Both the position numbers and the translations under genes were made by a program. Below, piece by piece: positions 13,330 through 26,010 of a stretch of 64,000 nucleotides of DNA. The first letter of the stretch is position 1; each line of letters begins with the position of its first letter. Location: the NCBI RefSeq assembly GCF_036321535.1, contig NC_087437.1, positions 20,958,001 to 21,022,000 of the forward strand, in the 5' to 3' direction. The notes below the pieces were generated by a model, which had not been told where the DNA came from, searched no databases, and saw nothing but the letters and a program-made list of their open reading frames with translations. The stretch comes from Camelus dromedarius (lineage: Eukaryota).

Positions 13330-14300
13330 TAAATAGGAGTTAAAAGATAAACAATAGATTGGGAGAAGATATTTGTAGCAAATCCTACAGACAAAAAGAA
13401 AACACTTATATAACACTTATTCTGTGCCAGGCACTGTTTTAAAGTGTTTAAAGAATGTTAACTAATTTTATCCTTATGGTAACTCTGTAAGTACAGTTAT
13501 TATCCACATTTTTACAGATTAGGAAACTGAGGCATGGAGTAGCTAAACTAAATTAACTTGCCAAGATCAGAGAGCTAGTGAGGCATGGAGCTGTCATTCA
13601 GACTGGGCAGACTGGCTCTGTTGCTTGTAACCTTCCATGCCATGCTGCTACCTGTTAGTATTCAGAATATTGAAAAAGTTCATCCGGATTTTAAAAAAGA
13701 AAAGAGCACTAAAAAAAAAAAAAATAAAGGTTGTGAAAAGGAGATTCAAAAGTCTAGTAAACATAAGAAAATACTGGTAAGGTTTAACAAAAATTAATCA
13801 AAGAAATACAAATTTAAAACATTAATCAGTTTGTGAAAAAAGAAAAGGTTGTTAATTTTGGTTTTAATTTAACAAGAAAAGCTTGTTAAATTTGGTAAGG
13901 GTTTAGGGAAACAAGTAGTTTCTTCACTGTTGCTGTGAGTTTAAATTGGAAAGCAGCGTTAGAGAGCATTTTGGCAGTATCTGTTAAAAATTTAAAAGTA
14001 TATACTCTATTCATTTCTACTTCTGTCTATCTGCCCTACAGAAACACTTGTGTATTTGCAGAAGATGCATATACAAAGCTGTTTAATGTTACCTTGTTGG
14101 TAAAACAAAACAATTAGAGGCAACTTAAGTGTCCATTCATAGGAAATGGCTAAATAGTGTGTTCATATGCATATTCTATAACAGCTAAAAAGAATGAGAT
14201 GTATCTATACTATGAAAGAACCTCAAGATGTACTGTTGAGTAAAAAAAAAGAAAAAGCCAGTTGTTAAGGTGATATGTGTTGTTATTCTACGTGTTTTAT
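13330..14300 (+). mobile_element. Ancient L1M fragment with a MIR inserted at ~13410-13650 (-)
   Basis: gattgggagaagatatttg...aagtgtccattcataggaaatggctaaata. MIR core ttttacagattaggaaactgaggca. Confidence 0.65.
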
Positions 14301-16347
14301 TTTCTCTAATGTATATGGGAAAATGCACAGTGAGAGGTTTGAAAAGATGAACGACATTGGTTTTGTCAGTGGGGACAAAGGGAATTAGCCTTATAATGGT
14401 TTACTTTCCTAGAGAGTGTATTATGTATGAGCTATGTTATCAAAAATGACTATTTGTATAAATGAATTTGATGCAATATTAGTCGTGTAACCAAATGTTA
14501 GGTTTGGTAACATTTTGAGTGCACACAGAAATAAAGTCAACTTTTCTGTCAGTTTTTTGGATAGTTTTTAATTTTAATATAACTTCACACACACTCACAC
14601 AGTGTTAGAATAGTACAGTGAATTCCCATATGCTCTGCCTGTTTTTACAAATTGTATTCGGAAAGTTGACTTTAAAAAAATTCAGTGTTTTTTTTTCAGA
14701 GGAATATAGTGAAAGAAAAATTTTGATCTCTTCAAATATTATAACATTTGTGTGAGTGGTACAGCACCTCTTAGTTTTGAATTTGGACAGTTTTATAAAA
14801 ATACTTCTTGGTGGATGGGGGAAGTAAACTAACATTTATTGAGTATTTACTCTTTTCTAGGTACTGTGTTAGGATATGTTGTAAATTATCTCATTTAATC
14901 CAATTTCATGAAGAAGTTTGTTATCATTCCTGTTTTAGCAAAGAAGCAGACAGAAAGGTTATTTATTCACTGTTCAACGGGGCATAGCCAGGTTATTCAG
15001 AACGTCTTTAAGATGCCAAAATCCTTGTCCTTTTCTCTACCAAGTTGCCTGTCAGATGGTATATTGGGAAGAATTGATGAGTACATTTTTGTTATCAAGA
15101 AGTTGATAATTGTTCCTAAATTAGTTATGATCTAATGTAATGGGTATTCAATAAAATTAGAATGTTGGAATGCTATAAAAATTTGTCTCTAGTATTGTTT
15201 TGAGGAGTCATAAAAAATATTCTTCGGTCTGCATGACTGTGCTCATGTAGGTTTGTCTCTGCATGTTAATGGTTCTCCTAGGGCACACATGTGTGCAAGT
15301 GTGCACATATACGTGTACATGCACTTGTGTGGATGCAACTGCTTTATATCTAGGTGCCCCCCCCTTTTTAAAAAAGCATTACATCACAATGAGTCCCATT
15401 TTGGCTTCCTGGATGCTGTTACCAGGAATAGCAGCCTTATCCCACATACAGCCTGGGTAGGCAGCCCTGAGTTCTGCCACCACTTGATTTGGGCCTTCCA
15501 TTTGCTTGCCATGCTAGTCTCTCTCTGTCAGCTTAGGAGCCCCTAAGTTTCAGGTGGCTGTAGGCCTATCCTAGGACAGATTTTTACCATATGTGCTTCA
15601 GAGTTTGGTGTGCTACTTGAGAAGGGGGCTGTAGGGAGCTTAGGAATCAGCACACATTCAGAACTGAAACCAGAAGTGGGCAAGACAAACCACAGGAAGA
15701 TCCTGCCTGCAACTTGGTGACGTCTTGCTATAACCCATGGACGTTTCCTGGCAATACCTTGCGAAACTTGCCTTTTCATGTGCAGTAGTTTCCTAACTTC
15801 TCGTTCTGGACCAAGCTTCAGTCAGAGATGATTAATATGATAGCAGTATAGATAACTGTGATAATTATTGCACAAGACTTGTGTAAAACAGTTGGCCCCT
15901 AATTATGTTCTGTAGACTTTCCCACTAAAGAGCTGCATGTTACCTAGTAGGGCGTTTTTGAGGAGTTGCCATGGAGTTTATGCTTTAAAACCTTGACTTT
16001 ATGCCAGGTTTTATAACCACAGAACCATTCTTTGCTCAGAGTCTAAGCTAACCACCTAAAGTATGCTGGATTCCTGGAGTCCTTTGCCCACTCAAGTGCT
16101 TGCTCAGTGCTATTACTTGAGTTTTTGTCTTATTGATGCTTGCACAGTACCTTACTTCCATGATGGAGTAGGAGTGTAGTGTTAGTGAAACTTTATTATT
16201 CCTTATTTCTTTAACCTCCAGGTCCCAGGTTAATATCATAGTGCCTATTCTTAGGTAGAACCAGATTTCTGATAGGATTTATGTAATGTGTTGATTTTTT
16301 CAGATTACCAGTTGAGTGGGATTAGGGAATCTCGGATTATATTTTTC

Positions 16348-16598
16348 TTTTCTTTTCTTTTCTTTTAAACATTTTTTATTGACTTATAATCATTTTACAA
16401 TGTTGTGTCAAATTCCAGTGTTTGGCACAATTTTTCAGTCATACATGGACATATACACACTCATTGTCAAATTTTTTCTCTGTGAGCTACCATAAGATTT
16501 TGTGTATATTTCCCTGTGCTATACAGTATAATCTTGTTTATCTAGTCTACAATTTTGAAATCCCAGTCTATCCCTTCCCACCCTCCGCCCCCCCGGAT
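16348..16598 (-). mobile_element. Short 3'-end fragment of the young L1 family
   Basis: Near-identical to 23700-23920. (CTTTT)n tail. Perfect TSD ggattatatttttc at 16334-16347 and 16599-16612. Confidence 0.9.
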
Positions 16599-19500
16599 GG
16601 ATTATATTTTTCAAAGATAATTTATCATTTACTGGGAGTGAGAAAAGTTGTTTGACAGTCCAGTTATCTGATCATGCTAATTTATGCATTGGAAAACCCT
16701 ACTTACCAGTAGCTATTCCAGTAGGCACCATATGCCTATTGGTGACTCATTCTTTGCCTGAATAATATCACATCTATATCACACATCCAGTGGTGCTTTC
16801 AGGGTAACAAGAAAAGGGAGAAATAACAGCTGCGTAACTTTTTTCTCTTCAATAGTTCTTAGGCATCCCTCCCTCCTTTTTTGCTACTGTACACCTGGGG
16901 CAATCTGTCATTTCACAGGATGGATGTGAAACTTTTGGAAGGTCATGTTGATTATGGCAGTTTTTCTCTTCCTTTCTCCATTGAGAACTGTAAAGATAAA
17001 TGAATGAGAGAGAGCTGTTACCTTGTGTGAGATTTCTTTATTCTCTACAAAGTATTTATTATGTTAGGTACATAGAAATTGATTGAATGATGAATGAAAA
17101 TGTAGCACGTTGAAAACATGATTTTCTGCTACTTTTGTAGTAATCACCTAATCTCTCGGAGCCTCAGCTTCCTCTTGTATAAATTGGTAATATTAGTTAT
17201 TCTAATCCTACAGAATGGTTGTGAAATGATTGGATGACTTGGTATACTGCTTGCACGTTGTGCTCAGTTAAGTGTGGGCTAACATAAGCAGTAATAATCA
17301 GTAAAGTGTATGTTCATAGTTTTTTTGATGAACAGTTTATTTAATATAAATGTGTATCTAGTTCTTGTAGTGTTTAGCAGGTTAAACTGGCAGTAGGTAG
17401 CAATATCTGAAAACATTTGAAATCAGAGTTGCCATGTGCTTTTTAAATTTCAGGCGTTACCTCTCAAAATCTTAAAGCTACGGGAACCTAGAAGATTAAC
17501 TAGTTCAGGGGTTGCAAACACCATTCTACAGAGAGTAGGCATAGTGAGGTAAAGCCAGGTGGGGATTGTTATGATTTCCAAAGAGAGTGCCTGTCTGTAG
17601 TTTCTACTCAGAACCACGTTGCCAGGTCTTTGATTATTAAAGAGAAACCAGAAGTATGGATTTGCTTATTATTAACTCTCCCAGTTTCTAGATATTAGCT
17701 CCATTTTTTCTAATACTGTGCAGGCCAAATAAAGTTAATTGCTGGCCAGCTGACCCCAATTTGTGTCCCCAGTCTGAAATAGTTCAAAATACTTGTTTTA
17801 GACATGTGGGGGCTGAGGTATAGAAAGGCCAGATATTTTTCCATATATTTCCTCTAGTAGAAATGTATTCCTTATGAAATAAAAGTCTCATTAAAAAAGT
17901 AAATAAGCTCCTCTGGTGTATCCAATTGTTAAATTATAGATTATCTTTGGTTAGGACCTGATGGCTTGGGTGAAGGGAATTGTGTCAGATGCTAATTTTT
18001 AGGAATCTCTGACCAAGGAAGGACATGACTAGTTACTATGTATTGAATGCTTACTCTGTTCTAGGTATTGTGGTAAGGGCTTTACATCAGTTAAGGCTCA
18101 CAGTAGTCCTGAAGCATTATAATTACCTTTTTTTCATGCAGGAGGTGGAGACTAAGGAGATCATTAAGTACGAAACTCAAATTGAAACTCAGATCTGTCT
18201 CCAAAATGAATTTGCTTAATTTGCTGTACCGTACCAGTACTGTATGTTTTCAGAATTCTGTACACCTTTTATCTTACTGCAAAAATTTAAATTAAACTTT
18301 ATAAGAAAATTTGAAAGACCTTATGTTAACATCACATAGGATTGTCTTATTTATAATTAGATGGCATAACAACATTTCACTTTTACTCTAAACTTGTCAG
18401 CATTGAGTCTGTATTGTATTTTTAAGAGTATATTTGATTCATTCTTCCTCCATTTTTTTTGTTGTGGTGTGTATAGATGATTAAGTTTGCATATTTTTGT
18501 ATCTTTCCCCCATCTAAAGTTCTTAATCCTCTGTTTAGACTGATATTCCAGTTACTAGAACATCATATCCTGAGTCACTCAGGCCAAATTCTTTGAATTT
18601 TTTCTGCATAGTGTCTCTTCCATTTTTCTTTTCCTCCGTTGCCCTTTCATTACCTTAGTTTAGGCTCTGTAACTGTCCGAGTAATTTTCCTGAAGCATAG
18701 TTTTGACCACAAGGAACTTTTAGTGACCCGAATTGCTGCCTGAATAAAGTAAAACTCCTTAGCTTAGCATTCCAGGTTCTGTTTGATGCCACCTTTCCTT
18801 TTAGTACCTTAGCCCTTCCTATGCCCCTTTAATCTCTCTCTGTGCTCTAGCCAGCCTGAACTATTCACCGCCTCCTCGAAGGTGCTCCTCTTGTTTCCAC
18901 CTCCCGGACTGGTTCGTGTTGTGCCATACTCCTGGAATGTTCTCTCTCTATCCCCAATTTCTGTGTATAAAAAAAAAAAAAAAAAAAAAAAACTCACTGG
19001 AAAAAGTTATTATTAAGATTGAGTGAAATGATATGTATGAAGTCCGTAAAAAACATCTGCTGCGTGTAATACGTTTATTTCTTCAGTAAATGACAGCTAT
19101 TACTTTGATTGAGCTTTCCTCCTACTCCAAATAATCTTTATGTTAGGGTCATCTTGCCCAGGACCCTGGCCCTTTGCAGTTTCTCTTGGGGGTTAATCAC
19201 ACTGGGGTCTGTGTTGGCTCTTCTGTACTTAAGATGTCCTTTGAAATAGATCAGACCTCTCTGAAATACACTGCAGGATCTCTTAGGATAATTTCAGAAA
19301 GGAATAGCTGTCTATTCCTCTCAGAGCTGCTGTATTCAGAAAGACATTAAGAGGAATGGAAAGAGTGGGCTTTGGAGTTTGTTTTCTGTTAAATCACAGT
19401 ACCAGCTCTGTAACTGAATTTTTAAAAAATTATAAAAAAGAACAGGAACAGTAATGCTTACATCACAGGGTTGTTGTACAGACCAAATGAGGTATTTGAG

Positions 19501-20823
19501 AAAATATTTAGCATTGTGTTGGAGCATCCAACTGCTTAATAAATATTTATCTTCTTTTCTTATTTATCCCAGTAATATCTCCCTCCAGGGCACAGAAACA
19601 CACATACAAACTATAGATATAAATGCATGCATGCAAGCAGTCTCCTCTAAAACGTACACATAAGCGCATGTGTGCATATATTCACATTATGTCCGGAAAC
19701 ATGTACACCAGAATCTCTACCCAGTAGCCTGATATTTGGAATTCCAGTCCTAGGTAAAATTTGTATGGTACTGTCTGGATTTACTACTGGTGACCTTTGC
19801 ACAGTCACTGATCTTGTACACAGAGAATTGGCCTTCTTTCTATTTCTGTTAATCTAAGTTATCTTATCAATTTTGATTCCCAGTGGTGTTTATCTTGTTG
19901 GTTTAAATTGTTTGCTCTTTGCCAACGACTAAAAGATATTTTCTATAAAACAAATGTCTACCCTCTTTCTTCAGGCATTTATGCAGAAGTTACCTTCTAG
20001 GAAGAGCCTTCCTTGGTTCCCTTCCCTCTGCCATTTCATGTGGTGCCCATTCCTGCTTAATACTAACGTGCTATTTTTACTTATTGATCTTATTTGTTAT
20101 CTATGTGTCCATCTGTGTTAGCTCAATGAGGACATAATTTTGTCTGTTTTTCTCACTAATGCATCCCTAGCATCTTAGTAGGCACCCAGTAAACATTTGA
20201 ATGTGTGCATTTCAGAGTTGGTTTGTTTATTTTCAATGTGATATCTGTGTAGTAACGCTATAAAGACTTAAATTTAGTGCTTTTGGTAACTGTATACAGG
20301 GGATATTTTCTTTTTAAACCTTTGGAGCAGTTGATGTAGATCAATTTGTATCAAGCTTATAAACTTATAAAAAGTAGTTTATATGGAATTTTATCATTTG
20401 CGATGTGGTATTAGAACCTCTTTGCCCATGCTAAAGTTATAAACATACACATACATACACTTATTCAGTAGGTTTTCATTGTCTATTATAAACTAGGCAT
20501 GATGCTAAGAATTGGTCCTGTCCCTTAGAGTTTGTTTATAGTTCAACGAAGAGACATGTAGCAGTCTCCTTTGCTGGTGGTTCCTTCTTTTAACTCTACT
20601 AACGCAAAATGATGGAGAGCTCTGAGGCAAGTCTTCAAATCTCTTTTCATTTTTCTTCACATTTACTTGACGTGTGATCCTGTATAGTCTTACGGTTTTA
20701 TAAATATTGTGTACTTGCTAATAATTCTCAAATTTTGACTCTAGCTAGGACTTCTTTGCCCCCTTGACATTTGTACTTGGATATTTAATAAGTATCTCAG
20801 ACTTAATATACTCAATACAGACT

Positions 20824-20984
20824 ATTTATTTATTTACTTATTTATTTATATGTTGGGGGAGGGTCCTGGATTTTTTTAAAATTTTAATTTAAATTTATTA
20901 TAATTTTTTTTATGGAGGTACTAAGGATTGAATCCAGGACCTTGTACATGCTAAGCATGCACTCTACCACTGAGCTGTACCCCT
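20824..20984 (-). mobile_element. tRNA-derived SINE (Vic-1-like)
   Basis: Reverse complement of the tRNA-like head (gctcagtggtagagtgcatgcttagcatg...gtcctggattcaatc) with an AT-rich tail. Degenerate TSD ctcaatacagact / ctcagtacaaact. Confidence 0.85.
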
Positions 20985-21640
20985 CAGTACAAACTCTTGA
21001 TCCTCCTTTTGCAAGAGGCTCTTTCCTCAGGAAATGGCATCTCTATTCATCCAGCTGCTCAGACTGAAACTCTTTGAGAAGTAATTCTTGACCCCTTTTT
21101 CTCTCACACTCAAATCCAAAATATCAAAAATCCTTTTGGCTTTATCTTCAAAATATAAGCCCAACTGACCACTTCTCTCCATGCCAGGACTGCCCCCCTG
21201 GTCTGAGTTATCTCCAATCAAAATTATTGTAATAGCTTTCTGTCTAGTTTCCTGCTTCCACCCTTTTCCTTCTGCAGTGATTCTTTAGAACAAAAGTTAG
21301 ATCATTCTTCTGTCCGTAATCTTTCAGGAGCTTCCCATCTCATTCAGAAAAGCCCAAGACTTTCCAGTGGCCTACAGGACCTTATTTAACCTGCTTCCTC
21401 CCCACCCCTACCTCATCTCTTGCCATGTCCTCCCTCTCCCTGCTTTGCTTATTTTACAGCCATACTGCCTCCTTGCTGTTCCGTCAGTGTACCAAACTAT
21501 CCTGTCTCAGGCCCCTTGCATGTTTTATTCTCTCTGCTTCTCCATCTCTTTGCCCAGATATCTACCTGGCTCATTACCTCATTGATTTCTTTCAAGTATC
21601 TCCTCAAATATCTTGATTCCCTGTAGAAAATAACATTGCC

Positions 21641-23496
21641 ATACAGAAATCAGTTGCATTTCCTTACACTAACAATGAAATATCAGAAGAGGAAAGAAAC
21701 AATCCCTTTTAAAATTGCATCCAAAAAAATAAAATACTTAGGAATAAATCTGACCAAAGAAGTGAAAGACTTTTACATGGAGAACTACAAAACGTGACTC
21801 AGGAAATTAAAGATGACTTAAAGAAATGGAAAGATATCCCATGTTCTTGGATTGGAAGAATTAATATTGTTAAAATGGCCATACTACCCAAAGCAATCTA
21901 CAGATTGAATGCGATCCCTATCAAATTACCCAGGACATTTTTCACAAAATTAGAACAGATAATACTAAAATTTATATGGAATCATGAAAGATCCAGAATT
22001 GCCAAAGCATTACTGAAGAAAGAATTATTTTGGAGAAATAACCCTCCCAGACTTTAGGCAATACTACAGAGCTACAGTAATCAAGACAGCATGGTATTGG
22101 TACAAAAACAGACATTTGGGACAATGGAACAGAATAGAGAGCCCAGAAAGAAACCCACGAACTTTTGGTCAATTAATCTTTGACAAAGGAGGCAAGAACA
22201 TACAGTGGAGTAAAAAGACAGTCTCTTCAGCAAGTGGTGTTGGGAAAACTGGACAACTGCATGTAAATCATGAATACTCCTTCACGCCATACACAAAAAT
22301 AAACTCAAAATGGCTTCAAGATTTAGACATAAGACACTATAAACCTCCTAGAAGAAAACATAGGCGAAACATTATCTGACATAAATCTCAGCAGTGTTGT
22401 CCTAGGGTGGACAATACCCAGGCAATAGGGATAAAAGCAAAAATAAACAAATGGGACCTAATTAAACTTACAAGCTTCTGCACAGCAAAGGAAACTGTAA
22501 ACAAAATGAAAAGACAACCTACAGAACGGGGGAAAATATTTGCAAGTGATGAGACTGGCAAGGGCTTAATTTCCAGAATATACAAACAGCTCATTCAACT
22601 CAATAACAAAAACAAAAAACAAAAAACAAAACCCAATAAAAAAAAAATGAGCAGAAGACCTAAACAATGAAGATATATAAATGCCAATAGGCACATGAAA
22701 AAATGCTCAGTATCGCTAATTATCAGAGAAATGCAAATCAAAGCTACAGTGAGGTATCCCCTCACACCAGTCAGAATGGCCGTCATTCAGACGTCCACAA
22801 ACCATTGGGGGAAGGGTATAGCTCAAGTGGTAGAGCGCATGCTCACCATGCAAGAGGTCCTGGGTTCAATCCCCAGTACCTCCTCCAAACAGAAATCAAT
22901 GAATAAACCAAATTACCTTCCCCTCTTAAAACAGACAATACAAGCAAAAGTCCATAAGCCATATGCTGGAGAGGGTGTGGAGAAAAGGGAACCCTCATAC
23001 ACTGTTGGTGGGAATGTAGTTTGGTGCAGCCCTCATGGAAAACAGTATGGAGATTCCTCAAGACTAAAAATAGACTTACCATATGATCCAGCAATCCCAC
23101 ACTTGGGCATATATCCAGAGGGAACCTTAATTCAAAAGGATAATGCACCCCAATGTTCATAGCAGCACTATTTACAATAGCCAGGACATGGAAACAACTT
23201 AAATGTCCATCAACAGATGACTGGATAAAGAAGTTACGGTATATTTTTACAGTGGAATACTACATATATGTATACATATGTAAATGTATAAATAAATCTA
23301 ACATGTATAAAATACACAACAACTGTATAGCACAAGGAACTATATTCAATATCTTACAGTAACTTATGGTGAAAGAGAATATGAAAATGAATATATGTAT
23401 GTTCATGTATGATGGAGGCATTATGCTGTACACTAGAAATTGACACAACATTGTAAACTGACTGTACTTCAGTATAAAATATATATATACACACAA
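21641..23496 (+). mobile_element. 5'-truncated LINE-1 (ORF2 C-terminus plus 3' UTR, internal deletion near 23262)
   Basis: ORF2 peptides ([26 protein letters not shown] etc.). TSD aaaataacattgcc (21627-21640) / aaaaaaacattgcc (23497-23510). Confidence 0.93.
22807..22949 (+). mobile_element. tRNA-derived SINE (Vic-1-like) nested in L1 ORF2
   Basis: ggggaagggtatagctcaagtggtagagcgcatg...ggttcaatcccc (Pol III A/B boxes). TSD gtccacaaaccat (22793-22805) / gtccataagccat (22950-22962). Confidence 0.9.
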
Positions 23497-23698
23497 AAAA
23501 AAACATTGCCCTCCTCCCTCTCTCTAACCTCTGGGCATTCCCTAACTCTCTTACCTTACTTTCTTTTCTTCCTTGGCAGTAAGTATTTGTTTCTTTTATA
23601 GCAGTAAATATTATGTACTTACTTAAGTTTAAGTGTTTATGATGTTTGTCCCCTCTGTCTAGATTGCACAACAGTTCCATGTGGGCACACTTATTTTT

Positions 23699-24408
23699 TT
23701 TAACATTTTTTATTGATTTATAATCATTTTACAATGTTGTGTCAAATTCCAGTGTAGAGCACAATTTTTCAATTATACACGAACATATATATATTCACTG
23801 TCACATTTTTTTCTCTGTGAGCTACCATAAGATTTTGTGTATATTTCCCTGTGCTATACAGTATAATCTTGTTTATCTATTCTACAATTTTGAAATCCCA
23901 GTCTATCTCTTCCCACCCCCTGCCCCCTTGGCAACCACAAGTTTGTATTCTATGTCTGTGAGTCTATTTCTGTTTTGTATTTATGCTTTGTATGTTTTTT
24001 TGTTTGTTTGTTTTTGTTTTGTTTTGTTTTAGATTCCACATATAAGCAATCTCATACGGTATTTTTCTTTCTCTTTCTGACTTATTTCACTTAGAATGAC
24101 ATTCTCCAGGAGCATCCATGTTGCTGCAAATGGCGTTATGTTGTCGGTTTTTATGGCTGAGTAGTGTTCCATTGTATGAATATACCACATCTTCTTTATC
24201 CAGTCATCTGTTGATGGACATTTAGGCTGTTTCCATTTCTTGGCTATTGTAAATAATGCTGCTATGAACATTGGGGTGCATGTGTCATCCTGAAGTAGGG
24301 TTCCTTCTGGATATATACCCAGGAGTGGGATTCCTGGGTCATATGGTAAGTCTATTTGTAGTCTTTTGAGGAATCTCCATACTGTTTTCCACAGTGGCTG
24401 CACCAAAC
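23699..24408 (-). mobile_element. 5'-truncated young LINE-1 (ORF2 end plus 3' UTR)
   Basis: ORF 24029..24406 (-) is an intact ORF2 C-terminus ([13 protein letters not shown]...[14 protein letters not shown]). TSD tgggcacacttattttt (23682-23698) / tgggcagacttattttt (24409-24425). Confidence 0.94.
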
Positions 24409-24959
24409 TGGGCAGACTTATTTTTAGTCACTGTTATGTTCCCAGCATTTAGAAAGGTGCCTGGCATGCTGTAGGCACTAAATAAATATTTGTTGGAATG
24501 AAATACAAGTGCAATACAGTTTGATCCTTATAGTGGCAGTACATATAAGATGCAGTAGGAAGTAGAGGAAAGGGTGACATGACTACCTAGGAGTTGAGGG
24601 AAGGCTTTACAAAGATGCCCTGAGAAAGATTTCCCTGTTTGGGGAAAAAAATCAGGTGAGAGCATCCCATACAATGACAATAGCATTGCAGACATGAGAG
24701 AACACAGTGTGTTCAAGGGACCAAAAGTACAGTACTGCTGGAGCATAATTTGTGGGGGTAAAGATTTAGTAGTAGGTGGTGCCAGATCATGAGAGTTTTT
24801 ATGCCAGACTAAGAAATTTTAGATTTTATCCTGGGGCAGGGGTAGATGGTGTGGAGCCATTGAAGACTTTTGAATGAGTGATATATTTGGTTACATATTT
24901 AAAAGGTAACTGGTAACAGTGTGAAGGATGGGGATCAAAGCTAAATACTACATTTTATT

Positions 24960-26010
24960 ATATACTCTGTGTATGATGTTGCAAGATATATATGATGCAG
25001 AGAAACAGTTACTATCACATGAAGGGGCAGGTGGCTATTGCATTTTATGGTTGGACAAAACCACTCATATGTAGTGTGAAGACGTTCTTGGCATACTTGC
25101 AGTACATCTGTGAGGGAGAAGAAATGCCCAGTGGAAGATTAGTTCATCTCTAAAAGTCTATTCTTTAGGATAGAAGCGTTTTTAAAAAAATTTGGTTAAC
25201 AATTATGTTGTAAGTCATGTAAACTAGAAAAGTTATTAAAGAGTACCAGTTATGAATTCAACAAGAAGGGGTGTTGTTATAGAATAAAAGATGTTGTATT
25301 TGAAAGCCAGCCTCCTTTCTTCATAGAAGAGCAGTTGTTTTGTCAATAATATGCCTCCTGACCTTGATTCATTGTTGAAGGACATAGTGACAGTTGTAAA
25401 TGTCATTAGATCTATATTATTTGCTACAGGACCAATGGTACATCTACCTTTGTAGGACAAATACCTGCTTTTGCATATAGTAGTACCCTGGCATGGACAG
25501 AGTTTTTTAAATGAAGAATAAGCTAAAAACATTTCTTACTTTCGTTCAAATGCAAGTAAAAACCACTTGCATCATTTCAGCTGTCTTGCTCAGGTGTCCT
25601 ATCTCAGCAATGTATTGAATGTCTTGACTACTTTAATCTTATTACTTTAGAGTCAAAATAGGATGTGTAAATTTGAGGATAAGATGGAGGTGCCAGAAAC
25701 GGTGCACATGGTTTGGATGTTGAGTGTTTGGCACAACCAAGTTCGTGGAAACATGATACTGTATCATTGAGCGTGTTTTAAAAACCACATCCAAATGCTA
25801 AAGTAGGAAACAAAGAAATGTTTTCCAGAGGCAGATATAGCAATACAGAGAATTAAGATCCATTTGTCTCCATTTCCCAAGTTGAAGCATTCACCTCTTG
25901 TGCACACTTTGCTATTCAACTCATTGTCTAATGGAACAATAAAAGTAGTTATGAGTGAAATACTGCTTTATAATTTTTGAGTTCATGTTTGATCCAGATA
26001 GGGATTTTCA
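24960..26010 (+). mobile_element. Fossil hAT (Charlie/Buster-type) DNA transposon transposase coding region
   Basis: Colinear degenerate motifs across frames: LWLDKTTH (~25045), FLAYLQYICEG, MPPDLDSLLKDIVTVVNVIRS (25351-25413), YLLLHIVVPW (~25462-25491), AQVSYLSNV, DPF, SNGTIK...NF*. These follow the order of Buster/SCAND3/ZBED5-type motifs LQLDESTD, LLVYVRY, L..VVKIVNFIK, LLLHTEVRW, LAYLADIF, WIRNPF. Confidence 0.75.

Larger units (their letters stand above)
20560..24500 (+). mobile_element. Ancient L2 element interrupted by younger SINE and L1 insertions
   Basis: L2-like pyrimidine-rich body ending in the typical L2 3' end (gtgcctggcatgctgtaggcactaaataaatatttgttggaatgaa). Boundaries approximate. 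Confidence 0.7.

Noticed and set aside
22807..22880. tRNA-like sequence with A and B boxes
   Set aside because: It is a SINE head followed by the family tail and TSDs, with multiple diverged copies in the window; not a tRNA gene.
25236..25532. 98-aa minus-strand ORF
   Set aside because: Shadow of the fossil transposase on the + strand; no recognisable homology of its own.
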